From positions 31,996-95,995 of the forward strand of contig JAIORV010000160.1 in assembly GCA_021107945.1 (NCBI GenBank): a stretch of DNA of 64,000 nt. Direction: 5' to 3'. Positions 27,346 through 36,925 of the stretch are shown here, one piece after another; position 1 is the stretch's first letter, and every line of letters begins with the position of its first letter. The notes under the pieces are model-generated. The model was not told where the DNA came from and searched no databases. It saw nothing but the letters and a program-made list of their open reading frames with translations. The position numbers and the translations under genes are program-made. This DNA comes from Vulcanimicrobiota bacterium. Its GTDB lineage: Bacteria > Vulcanimicrobiota > JAJTBE01.

Positions 27346-28794
27346 TTATTCATTTTCCTGAAGATTATTCCTTATATCCCCGGGTATAAATGCCTTCAGT
27401 CTTTTGACTTTTTCTTCCGCCTCCGAGTGCTCAGGATTCAACTGGAGGCACTTTTTATATTCCCAATAAGCTTCCTCTTTTTTACCCGTATTCAGATAAT
27501 ACTCACCCAGATTGAAATGTATTTCCGGATCATCGGGTTCAATCTCCACCACCCTGTCAAAATATTCCTTCGCTTTGTTAAAATATCCCGTTTCAAAAAG
27601 CAATACCCCCATCACGCCTAAAAATTCTGCATTATCAGGTTCAAGCTCAATTGCCTTCTCAAATTCATCGCAGGCCTCGTCAAGAAGACCCCTGAGTTTG
27701 TAAACCACGCCCAGGGAGAGGTGTGGATCTCCATATTCGGGATCCATTTTTATTGCTTTTCTATACTCAATCTCTGCCTTTCCCGTGAGCGAAAGTCCGA
27801 GGTAGGCCTCGCCCAGGGTGAAATGATACTCTGCTTTATCGGGATCAATATTAATCGCCTTCTGATATTGATTAACAGCTTCATTAAACATTCCCTTTCC
27901 GGTATAAATCGCTCCCATGGTATAGTGAGCTCCCGGATTCTTTGGGTCAAGCTGTACTGCTTTTTTAGCATTCTCAAGAGCTAGATCAAGTTTTCCTTCT
28001 TTGAGAAAAACCAAAGAAAGGAAATATCTTGCATCGGGATTCCGCGGGTCAAGCTCGCAGGCTTTTAATAAATTCTCCCTTGCAGATTCCATTTCGTCTT
28101 GCATTCCATTTAAATTACCCATTGCGATATATGCAAGCGGATTTTCCGGGTCACATTCAAGCGACTTTTCGCAGTATTTTCTTGCTTCATCTATTTTATC
28201 TTCTTCAGACAGAATCATACCCAGAACCGCCAATGCGTCCGAATTATCGGGTTCCAATTCCAACGCCCTTTCGCCCTCTTTTTTTGCCATTTCCACCTCA
28301 TCTTTTTCCTTGTGTATCAATGATAACATCCAGTGAGGGTCGGCTTTTTCCGGAGAAATATCCAGGGCTTTTTGCAGGTGCTCAATGGAACTGTCAAACC
28401 TGTTTTCATTTAAATAAAGTACCCCCATAATGAAATGGAGCGTGTAAATATCACTTCTCATTTTTATCGCTTTTTTTAGATCCGCTATTGCCTTTTTATT
28501 CTGGTGCAGCTCCTTTGCCGCAAGAGCGGAGAGGAGAAGCAACTCAGGCTTGTTCTCCGCCTTTCCCTGTTTCCTCATGTTTTTTGAAAATTGGAGTAAC
28601 TGATCCAGGTTGAAATGTACATCCACAAGAAGATTCGTCCAGATAAGTGAGAAAGGATCTTTATCCAATCTCTTCTTCACTGTCTCCCGCGCCCCGTCGA
28701 AGTTTCCTGTTTCTATAAATTTCACCACATTTATATAATCAGGATCTTTCTTATAATCAACTGTGGGAATGTTTCTTGTTTTGTCTTGCGCCAT
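27346..28794 (-). CDS. TPR repeat protein
   Basis: About 11 consecutive 34-aa units (LG..Y...G....A...Y.KAI.LDP). Confidence 0.93.
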   Translation of the reverse strand: MAQDKTRNIPTVDYKKDPDYINVVKFIETGNFDGARETVKKRLDKDPFSLIWTNLLVDVHFNLDQLLQFSKNMRKQGKAENKPELLLLSALAAKELHQNKKAIADLKKAIKMRSDIYTLHFIMGVLYLNENRFDSSIEHLQKALDISPEKADPHWMLSLIHKEKDEVEMAKKEGERALELEPDNSDALAVLGMILSEEDKIDEARKYCEKSLECDPENPLAYIAMGNLNGMQDEMESARENLLKACELDPRNPDARYFLSLVFLKEGKLDLALENAKKAVQLDPKNPGAHYTMGAIYTGKGMFNEAVNQYQKAINIDPDKAEYHFTLGEAYLGLSLTGKAEIEYRKAIKMDPEYGDPHLSLGVVYKLRGLLDEACDEFEKAIELEPDNAEFLGVMGVLLFETGYFNKAKEYFDRVVEIEPDDPEIHFNLGEYYLNTGKKEEAYWEYKKCLQLNPEHSEAEEKVKRLKAFIPGDIRNNLQENE

Positions 28795-28915
28795 GATAAA
28801 TCTCCTTCGTTTTAATCACCTGGGATTTTCGGTTATAAACATTGAAATTATCTGAAAGTTCTTCTTTTTTTCTTACCTGCGCGTCCTCTGCGTTCTCTGC
28901 GGTGAATAGTTATAA

Positions 28916-30622
28916 TTATACATTTCTCCTTAGCATCATATAAGTGATATCATCAAACTGGCTTTCTCCCTGGAATTCATTCAGCGTTAAAATGATCGCT
29001 CCTCCCATTTCCTTTAAAGATAGATTGGCATTTTCTTTTAAAAGCGAGTGAAGCCTTTCTTCTCCGAAAAATTCTCCATTTTTCGATACCGCCTCTGTTA
29101 TTCCGTCGGTGTAAATGAAAACCATCTCGTTTTGTTTCAATATAATGCTATCCTGTTTATAAAAATAATCTTCAAGAGCTCCAAGCGGCACGTCACCGAA
29201 TGATCCCGATACTTTGGAATCTCCATTGGGTTCGACAAGTACAAACTCGTTGTGTCCCGCGTTGGCAAATGTAAGCTCACCGGTTTTTATGCCGTAATAT
29301 CCCAGGAATACCGTGGCGAACATACATGTATCCCTGTATTCATCAAGAAACTTATTTGTCTCATTCAATGCGTCGGACGGGCTATCGGGATGTTTCATGC
29401 AAAGGTTCTTAAGCGCGGTTTTAACCACCGCCATATACATGGAAGCCGGGACTCCTTTTCCTGAAACGTCTCCCACAACAATGGCCATCGTGTTATCATC
29501 AATAAAGAAGAAATCGAAGAAATCTCCCGACACTTCTTTTGCCGGATATAGTGCAACAAACAAGTTGAATTCTTTTCTCTCGGGGAATTTTTTGGGGAGC
29601 ATGTACTCCTGGATCCTGCGTGCTATTTTGAGTTCGCTTTCGAGGGATTGTCTTGCAGTCACCTCTTGCCTCAATTTTTTCATGTATTGATCCAACTTGC
29701 TTCCCAGCTCATTGAAGCCATGGGAAAGCTCGATTATTTCTTTCGAGCCTTTTTCGGGAACTGTTGTGGAGAAATTGCCCTTTCCCAGCTTTTTAACCCC
29801 ATCACAGAGATCATTGATGGGTCCCGAGATCGACCCGGAGAAGAAAATTGCCAGTATAAAGCCTAAAATAAGCAAGCATACTCCTGCAACGGCACTGGAA
29901 AGCTTAATCTTTTTCATTGTGATTTGCCCCATTTTTTCTGTTGTATCTTCGATTACCTTGATTGTATTATTACCCATTTCCATAAGAGATTTATTAACGG
30001 GAACGAAGAATTCATCAATGTTCACAACCGAGGCGACTACAAACGGAGTGTTCTGAACCCTTGCCAGAACCATATATTTTCTTCTTGTCTTTCCCTCCTT
30101 GTCAATAAAGTCGTATGATCCTTTCACAAGCGGTTCCTTGCGTGACTTGCTGACAAGCAGCCACATTTCCGGATACTTTTCTTTCCACTCCTTTAAATTC
30201 TTGCCCTCGACAAGCTTGTTGGGGTGAATAATGTTTATACCCTTGTCGTCATTCAGATCTGTATATCCCGCCACCTTACCATCATGAGTGTATATGTTCT
30301 GAATGACAATCTTTCTTAATTTTTCATTTTTTCTCATCATTTCATAATCGGGAATCGGCATGTCGGCGAGGATTACCGACAAATCGTCTGCAACGTCACT
30401 GGCCTTGAGTTCAACTATATCCATTGCATATTTACTAAGAATCTTTCTAGAAAGTTTCTTGTTATCAAGCATTGTCTTTTCAATTGCCACTTTTGCCGCC
30501 TGAAAACTCCTCTCTGTGAGTTCATCCACAACAAAATATGTGAAAAACCATATGACAATAAAAAAAACAAGTATGAGAAAAATATAAGACAGCATAAGTT
30601 TATTTCTTATTTTCATTATCAC
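28916..30622 (-). CDS. Membrane SpoIIE/RsbU (PP2C) phosphatase with Cache-like sensor and HAMP domain
   Basis: Two TM helices, HAMP, ELKIARRIQ, VSGDFFD, GDVSGKGVPA, NAGH, YTDGITEA, QFDDIT. Confidence 0.93.
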   Translation of the reverse strand: MIMKIRNKLMLSYIFLILVFFIVIWFFTYFVVDELTERSFQAAKVAIEKTMLDNKKLSRKILSKYAMDIVELKASDVADDLSVILADMPIPDYEMMRKNEKLRKIVIQNIYTHDGKVAGYTDLNDDKGINIIHPNKLVEGKNLKEWKEKYPEMWLLVSKSRKEPLVKGSYDFIDKEGKTRRKYMVLARVQNTPFVVASVVNIDEFFVPVNKSLMEMGNNTIKVIEDTTEKMGQITMKKIKLSSAVAGVCLLILGFILAIFFSGSISGPINDLCDGVKKLGKGNFSTTVPEKGSKEIIELSHGFNELGSKLDQYMKKLRQEVTARQSLESELKIARRIQEYMLPKKFPERKEFNLFVALYPAKEVSGDFFDFFFIDDNTMAIVVGDVSGKGVPASMYMAVVKTALKNLCMKHPDSPSDALNETNKFLDEYRDTCMFATVFLGYYGIKTGELTFANAGHNEFVLVEPNGDSKVSGSFGDVPLGALEDYFYKQDSIILKQNEMVFIYTDGITEAVSKNGEFFGEERLHSLLKENANLSLKEMGGAIILTLNEFQGESQFDDITYMMLRRNV

Positions 30623-31043
30623 CGCTCCCTTGTTTGCGAAGAATGCGCTTTTTCATTATTACAATATTTTTATCTTCATCCCTTTTATAATCTATCTCAT
30701 CCATCAGACTTCTCGCGAAATGTATTCCAAGTCCACCCTCATCACGCTCATCAAGCGATGCTTCAACATCGGGATTCTCAACCTGGAGAATATTAAAGCA
30801 CTCGCCGCGATCTATTATATATACAATAAATTCGCCTTCATCCTCATATTCAACACCTACATCAATATCACCGACTTTCCCGGAATAGGCATATTTAATA
30901 ATATTCACCAGGATTTCCTCGCAGGCCAATTCAACCTCAAATATAATTTCCATATTAATTCCGAGGTCAATCATTTCATTCCTGATATAATCCAGGAAAC
31001 CGGGGAGATATTCCATTCTTGCGGGATAGTTTAAATAATTCAT
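30600..31043 (-). CDS. RsbW-like anti-sigma factor / Ser kinase
   Basis: LACEEILVNIIKYAY, IDRG..FN, GGLGIH. Confidence 0.92.
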   Translation of the reverse strand: MNYLNYPARMEYLPGFLDYIRNEMIDLGINMEIIFEVELACEEILVNIIKYAYSGKVGDIDVGVEYEDEGEFIVYIIDRGECFNILQVENPDVEASLDERDEGGLGIHFARSLMDEIDYKRDEDKNIVIMKKRILRKQGSGDNENKK

Positions 31044-31241
31044 GGTATAAACTCACCGCAAAGCTACGGAGACCGGAGGCAAGAAGTCGGAATTTTGTCT
31101 TCCCACTTGAGGTGTCGAAAAACATCCAAACCCCGTCAATTTCTCGTTTCCCGTTTCTCATTTTCCACTTCCGTTTTTTGCAGATTTGCGGTAAAATCAA
31201 TCCTCCTCAAGCACCCAAATTTTATATCGATTTATCGTGGT

Positions 31242-31575
31242 CAGGAAACCGTTTCCACATAGAAAGAAATGTGTAAAACTGTCATTCCTTCACTTCGTTC
31301 AGGACAGGCTCTGAGCGAAATACGATCTTTTAATTTACAGAATTGGCTTTGGCAGGAACGGGTTTTACTTACCTCCGATGTAATATTCAGCGAAGGATCT
31401 TAAAAAACCAATCATCCTCTTTTTTTTATTGAGACTTGCTCCCTGTAGGCCATTGTGGTCGAGATTCTTCGCTATGTAAATCTTTGGAGATCAAGAAAAT
31501 CCCGTCCTTGAGAAAGTCATTGGAGTAAAGTAATCCTTTCTTGTATCGCTCAGAATGACAATTGCGTAAGCCCTG
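31242..31575. mobile_element. ~290-330-bp TIR element, family C copy A
   Basis: tgtcatt..ctgagcg...gcgaaggatct-[spacer]-gagattcttcgct...cgctcagaatgacaattgcgtaagccctg; homologous to 35541-35830. Confidence 0.8.
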
Positions 31576-31643
31576 TATAATAAAAGAAAAAAAGGGTCAA
31601 TCAAAACACAAATTGAACCCCATCCATCCCGGTGATAAAGTTT

Positions 31644-31937
31644 TTATTCGATTTTCATGATCTTATCAAATCCGGCAATTTTAAACACCTTTTTCACAGT
31701 GGGTTTCACATGCTCAACGGAAAATCTATCGTCTCCCATTTCTCTTGCAACTTTGAGGCAGATTCGAAGAAAAGCTGAAGATACATAATCCACTTCTTTC
31801 AAGTCAAATACTACGGAAAGATCCTGCCCCTTTATCTTTTCAATCAATTCACTTCCAACCCGGGTAGATTCCTCCGTATCCATACGCCCTGAAAACAAGC
31901 ATGTAATCTTTCCCTCATCAGAACGGTACTCTATCAT
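31644..31937 (-). CDS. STAS anti-sigma factor antagonist
   Basis: SGRMD, FDLKEVDYVSSAFLR, VKKVFKIAGF. Confidence 0.92.
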   Translation of the reverse strand: MIEYRSDEGKITCLFSGRMDTEESTRVGSELIEKIKGQDLSVVFDLKEVDYVSSAFLRICLKVAREMGDDRFSVEHVKPTVKKVFKIAGFDKIMKIE

Positions 31938-31959
31938 GGTAATCCTCCTTCAATATTTA

Positions 31960-33462
31960 TTAATAATTTTGATTATATTCTTTCTCGATAGTTACAGCAT
32001 TTATTGACTCATCAAGGTATTTTTCTTTGTTAAAACGCATATATCTTTCATTTAACCTACGCAGTGTTATTCGCTGTATGTTCAAAAGGTTGGATACTGT
32101 AATATTGTCTGTTGTGATATTTTTACCGGCCGCTCCACATCCCAGCATCATCGAAGGATGAAGTGTGTTGTAAATCCCACCGAGCGCGCCCTGAGTCGAG
32201 GGCATATTCACAAGAATACGTCCCGCATTCATAACAAGTGAGAACTCTTTTATCTTTTCCTCGTCATTGGAGAAAATACCGGCGGTATGCCCCACGCCTC
32301 CCGAAAAATTAACTTCAATACATGCGTTTATAGCTTGTTGAAAATCATCGGCTACATGGAATGTAAGAATCGGGGCGATAATCTCACCTGAGAGGGGATA
32401 ATCATCGCCTATTCCATCCTGTGGAGCAATCAACACGGCGGTATCCTCCGGCACTTCGAAACCCGCCATTCCGGCAATTTGGAAGGCAGGTTTTCCGATA
32501 ATATCCATGCTTATTTTCCCTGTCTCTTTATCCAAGACTATCTTTTCCAGGAGTCCGACCTCTTCACCGGTCATGAAATATCCCTTTTTCTTCTTGAACT
32601 CCTCCATTATCTCACCTGCGACAGCCTTTTCCACGACGACCGCCTGCTCCCCCGACCAGGATGTTCCATAATCGAATGTCCTGGATATCAATATCTGATT
32701 TATGGCAAAAGGTATGTCGGCGGTTCTCTCGATGAATACCGGCGCGTTTCCGGTACTCGCTCCCAGTGTTGGGTTTCCCGAGCTCTGCGCCGCCTGAATG
32801 ACATCACTCCCGGCCGCAACAAGAATAAGGGCGAACCTGCGGTTGGAAACCAGTGTCCTGAATAATTGAATCCGGGAGTAAGCTTCCTCGCTTAGTCTTT
32901 CCAGCGATATGCTTGCGCTCATCATCTCGGGGGTCAATTTTCTTGAGGAGTATTCAACCCACTGAATACAATCCTCGGGGGCGTCCTCAGCAAGTGCCGC
33001 TTCATAACATATTCTTGCCGCTTCAATCGAGCATTTCGCCGCCTTTTCATGAGGTGTAATCACAATGGGATTCCGTGTTTTCAAGCAGATTAAAATATCA
33101 AAAATTACGGTTGAAGTGGGATTCGTAAAAGGAGTAATCGCCAATACCGGCCCCATGGGTTGAGCAATCTCGATAATTCCGTTTTTCTCATCCCGGGAGA
33201 TGATGCCGACGGTCTTTGTACTCTTAATATCCTCATAGGTCATCTGAGAGGCAATTACATTTTTAAGTACCTTGTCTTCCCATTTGCCCATACCTGTCTC
33301 TTCTTTCGCCATTTTTGCAAGCTTCACACGGTTATCCATGGCGGCTTTATAAACAGCCCTGGTTATCCTGTCGGTATGCTCCTGATCAAGTTGACTGAAA
33401 ACTGCGGAGGCCCTTACCGATTTTTCCAATATCTCATTCAGACTCTCATAAGCTGATGTCAT
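31960..33462 (-). CDS. AdhE-type CoA-acylating aldehyde dehydrogenase homologue lacking the catalytic Cys
   Basis: ETGMGKWEDKVLKN, TNPTST, LKTRN, GHTAGI, LGCG...N.TTDN; GTSWSGEQ replaces GxICASEQ; GGAGG before ATG 33462. Confidence 0.88.
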   Translation of the reverse strand: MTSAYESLNEILEKSVRASAVFSQLDQEHTDRITRAVYKAAMDNRVKLAKMAKEETGMGKWEDKVLKNVIASQMTYEDIKSTKTVGIISRDEKNGIIEIAQPMGPVLAITPFTNPTSTVIFDILICLKTRNPIVITPHEKAAKCSIEAARICYEAALAEDAPEDCIQWVEYSSRKLTPEMMSASISLERLSEEAYSRIQLFRTLVSNRRFALILVAAGSDVIQAAQSSGNPTLGASTGNAPVFIERTADIPFAINQILISRTFDYGTSWSGEQAVVVEKAVAGEIMEEFKKKKGYFMTGEEVGLLEKIVLDKETGKISMDIIGKPAFQIAGMAGFEVPEDTAVLIAPQDGIGDDYPLSGEIIAPILTFHVADDFQQAINACIEVNFSGGVGHTAGIFSNDEEKIKEFSLVMNAGRILVNMPSTQGALGGIYNTLHPSMMLGCGAAGKNITTDNITVSNLLNIQRITLRRLNERYMRFNKEKYLDESINAVTIEKEYNQNY

Positions 33463-33631
33463 TTTTTTCCTCCGTATTTTTTTGCTATTTAACAACGGTT
33501 TATATGTTTGTAAATTCCTGAAATCATAAAAATTCCCTGCAATATTTTTTCCGACTGAAGGATCGTCATTTAACATGAAGAATAATTGAATATATCTAAC
33601 CAAACTGAATCGTTGGAAGGTTTATATTGTT

Positions 33632-33808
33632 ATGAAATATGAAGACGACATATCGGGAGAATTTGAGGCAGATCCGGCATACGACCAAGCCCCGGGAAAT
33701 CAACAGGATATTGGTGGCTCAATATCCGAGGGCGACAGGAATCTCCTTGACCGGGAATATACAAATTTTATCAGGAAGAAAGCAATCAGGATGATCGGCA
33801 ATAATTAG
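33632..33808 (+). CDS. Possible 58-aa acidic small protein
   Basis: MKYEDDISGEFEADPAYDQ...KKAIRMIGNN*; GGAAGG upstream; below the ORF-track cutoff. Confidence 0.4.
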   Translation: MKYEDDISGEFEADPAYDQAPGNQQDIGGSISEGDRNLLDREYTNFIRKKAIRMIGNN

Positions 33809-35448
33809 TCTTCCAAAACATCCGGAACCATGTCATACCGGCCGATGGGCATCAGGTGAACGCCGTCAACCAGTCCCCTGCATTCCTCCAGGATTTCCCT
33901 TGCTATCTCCAGCGAGACCGATTTCTTGTCTTTTGTATTTTCCATCCTCTCGATCAACGAATCGGGTATGATGATTCCGGGGATGTTTTTCAGCATATAA
34001 CGCGCCATCTTTTCGGACTTGAGAAATATAATCCCTGCAATTATCCTGGTCTTGATCCCGGCCTTTTCCACTTCATCCAGGAATCTCTTTAAAAGCTCTA
34101 TGTCATATATCCCTTGGGTTATGAAAAACGACGCGCCTGCCTCGACTTTCTTTTTCATCTTGATTATCTGCATAGCCAGCATATCGCTTCCGGGGTTCAC
34201 AACTCCGCCAATGTGAAAACGGGGACTGCCCTCCAGGGGATTGCCGTTGTAATCCCTGCCTCTCGTCAACTCGGTAGCGAGCTTGATTAACTGAACCGAG
34301 TCCAAATCATATACAGGTTTCGCCTCTTTGTGATCCCCCACCGATTGGTGATCCCCCGTCATGGCAAGCGTATTTCTTATGCCCATCACGTATGCGCCCA
34401 AAAGCTCGCTCTGCAGGGCAAGCCTGTTTCGCTCGCGGGTGGTCAGATGCAGGATTGGCTCCATTCCCTCCCTTGCAAAAAGAGCGCTCATCGACAGGGA
34501 GCCTAACCTCATTATGGATCCCGGGTTCTCATTAATAGAAAACGCCGTTATATATTGCTTTAAACTCCTGGCATGATTCAGCGTATTCTCGACATCAATC
34601 CCCTTGGGTGGGATAATTTCACATGTAACAACAAACTTCCCCGATTCCAACTCCTCCTGCAATCTTGATACAGACTCATCAAGATTGATTTCCTCATCTT
34701 TTTTGATCCTGTCTTTGGCCAGTTTATGGAATTTTTTCCTTATCTGTAATTTCTGTTGCTTGAAATGGTCAACTCTTGATGCCCTCTCGTCCTGGGTTTC
34801 TTTCCTTATATCCAGACTCCCGGGTTTTATGGAAATCTCAAAATCCATCATTGGTTGGTATTTTTCGAGAATATCCATCCTGCCTGCTTTTTTCGCCCTC
34901 TCGAAAATCAAATGCCAGGCACAATCACGATTGCCGTCAACCTCGCATTTCCCATCCTTGCTCCCGCCACAGGGCCCGTTAACCAGGCTTTTCGCACACC
35001 TTGTTATGGGACATATCCCCATCGTCCGATCCAGGATGCAATTTCCACAAAGTGAGCATCTCTCGTCAAACCATCCGTACCTTATTGTATTTCCCAGAAA
35101 TAGTGTATTCAGACCCGGCAGGATGGTTTTCGCGGGGAGAACTTCGCTGACCGATTGAACTCCCGCACCGCATGCAAGGACAATCATGGCATCGGCGGCA
35201 GTGACTTCCTCCTTTGATATTCTCAACTCCCGCCGGACTTTTTGAACGTGACAGGGAGTATCAGGCACAAGCACGCCTGTTACCGATTTGCCCCGTTTCT
35301 CCAATTTAAGCTTCATGTCCTCGACCTCGATCTCTCCACCCGTACTGCATAATGTGGCACAGTCAGCACATCCGAGGATGAAGATCCTGTCGTATCCTTC
35401 GAGGGATTCGATTATTTTGCTAAATGGTTTTTTTTCGGTTATGATCAT
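33805..35448 (-). CDS. Fused MetV-MetF methylenetetrahydrofolate reductase
   Basis: N-half Cys-rich MetV (GCADCATLC, ACGAGVQ, CSLCGNC, CPITRCAKSLVNGPCGG, CAW); C-half MetF (CEIIPPKG, RERNRLALQSELLGA, MTGD, KKVEAGASFFITQ). Confidence 0.9.
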   Translation of the reverse strand: MIITEKKPFSKIIESLEGYDRIFILGCADCATLCSTGGEIEVEDMKLKLEKRGKSVTGVLVPDTPCHVQKVRRELRISKEEVTAADAMIVLACGAGVQSVSEVLPAKTILPGLNTLFLGNTIRYGWFDERCSLCGNCILDRTMGICPITRCAKSLVNGPCGGSKDGKCEVDGNRDCAWHLIFERAKKAGRMDILEKYQPMMDFEISIKPGSLDIRKETQDERASRVDHFKQQKLQIRKKFHKLAKDRIKKDEEINLDESVSRLQEELESGKFVVTCEIIPPKGIDVENTLNHARSLKQYITAFSINENPGSIMRLGSLSMSALFAREGMEPILHLTTRERNRLALQSELLGAYVMGIRNTLAMTGDHQSVGDHKEAKPVYDLDSVQLIKLATELTRGRDYNGNPLEGSPRFHIGGVVNPGSDMLAMQIIKMKKKVEAGASFFITQGIYDIELLKRFLDEVEKAGIKTRIIAGIIFLKSEKMARYMLKNIPGIIIPDSLIERMENTKDKKSVSLEIAREILEECRGLVDGVHLMPIGRYDMVPDVLED

Positions 35449-35540
35449 TGTTCTACAAATTTCTCCCGTTTTATTTCAACCCGAACGATGCTTTTTATAT
35501 TTACCGCAAAGACCACAAAAAAACGCAAAGATTCTTTAAT

Positions 35541-35830
35541 CAGGACTTACGCATTTCCAAGAAAGAAAAGCATAGAACTGTCATCCTGAGCGGAATACGA
35601 TCTTTTCCTTTCCTGAATAAACCTTGGCAAGGACGGGTTTTACTTACCTCCAATGTCTTCCACAGCGAAGGATCTCTACCCACGACAAATGATCCTCCTG
35701 CAGGCAATTATTCAAGAGATTCTTCGCTATGTAAATCTCCGTAGATCAAGAAAATCCCGTCTTTGAGAAAATCATTGGAGTAAAGAAACTCATTCTTGAT
35801 CCACTCAGAATGACAATTGCGTAAGTCCTG
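35541..35830. mobile_element. 290-bp TIR element, family C copy B
   Basis: Perfect 13-bp TIR caggacttacgca / tgcgtaagtcctg; inner inverted arms tgtcatcctgag / ctcagaatgaca. Confidence 0.85.
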
Positions 35831-35970
35831 GTACATGTTGTAAATTATGGGAATGGTTTCCCAATCCCGTTTCATGCAATATCCAGACTGGTCAGGAGAC
35901 CAGCCACTACCCAAATAGCGGAGTGGTCTGAAGTGTCAAATTTACTTAAACCTCTGCGGTGAATAGTCAC
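35831..35970. mobile_element. MITE-like family D copy (inverted, partial)
   Basis: Reverse complement reads gtgactattcaccgcagag...acacttcagac...gtagtggctggtctcctgaccagtc, like 1567-1660. Confidence 0.6.
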
Positions 35971-35974
35971 CAAC

Positions 35975-36925
35975 CTATTTAAACTTTCTTTTTTTCGAAA
36001 CGATTACCATTGAACCCTCGCCAGGCTTGCTGTATATCTCCACCTTGTCCATGAGTGCTTTCATCAGGAATACTCCCCTACCCCTTTCCGCGAAGGGATC
36101 GGGCGGCTCTTCGCCCATTCCGGTTGAGTCGAAACCGGGGCCATAATCGGAAATCTCGATACGCAACTCTTCCATGGTGAGATGATAATGAACGTCAATC
36201 CCCTTTTCCGATTTTCCGTGTTCAATTGCGTTATCACAAGCTTCTCCCACAGCGGTTTTTATATCCTGAACTTCTTCCTCGCTATAATGAACTCTCCTTG
36301 CAATCGCCTCCGCCTGCATACGAACAATCACAGCGAATTCATTTCGACATGGCACTTTCAAGTCGATGTTTGACGCGCTCTTTACAACCTCTTCCCACCC
36401 CTGGAGCGCATCTTCCTGCGATTTAATAACCATATTAAGGTTTTTTATATAAGAATCGGCAATCTGGATCATAATATAATTAACAAATGTATTTATTCTT
36501 TTTTCAAGTTGGAAAAATGACGACGCCCTTATTTTTTCATCGGACATCTTCGAAGAAAGGTAAATCCATATTTCATCCCTGAATATCTTTATCCCGCGGA
36601 GGAGATCTCTGAGTTTAATCTCAAAGACTACACGCCTGGATGTTATCCCATCCTCAAACTTGATAAGGTCAACTGTAAGAAATCCGTTGTCCTTCCCCAG
36701 TGAGAATTCTTTGTTCCTCAAAAAATCTATAATATACCCAAGTGTTATATCCATAGTTTTCCTGGATTCAGCTATGGGCATACCTCTCTTGCGATAAGGT
36801 TTGATGATGTTATATATTTTCTTGGCCGACTTTTCAACAAGCTGATCCCTTCCTTCTTCAAGCCAGTCGGCTGCCTGCTTCAATAGCAGTTTGGCCACCT
36901 CCCAAACATTTTTCAAAGTTTTCAT
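35975..36925 (-). CDS. Anti-sigma-type HATPase (RsbW-like C-terminus) with an uncharacterised N-terminal helical domain
   Basis: IKTAVGEACDNAIEHG, ISDYGPGFD, ERGRGVFLMKALMD. Confidence 0.88.
   Translation of the reverse strand: MKTLKNVWEVAKLLLKQAADWLEEGRDQLVEKSAKKIYNIIKPYRKRGMPIAESRKTMDITLGYIIDFLRNKEFSLGKDNGFLTVDLIKFEDGITSRRVVFEIKLRDLLRGIKIFRDEIWIYLSSKMSDEKIRASSFFQLEKRINTFVNYIMIQIADSYIKNLNMVIKSQEDALQGWEEVVKSASNIDLKVPCRNEFAVIVRMQAEAIARRVHYSEEEVQDIKTAVGEACDNAIEHGKSEKGIDVHYHLTMEELRIEISDYGPGFDSTGMGEEPPDPFAERGRGVFLMKALMDKVEIYSKPGEGSMVIVSKKRKFK

Noticed and set aside
31242-31575. Family C element as a riboswitch or tRNA-like gene
   Set aside because: It occurs in either orientation beside unrelated genes, has TIRs and matches no RNA family I recognise.
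33463-33603. 47-aa N-terminal extension of the ALDH in the ORF track
   Set aside because: A strong GGAGG RBS precedes ATG 33462, and family similarity starts there.
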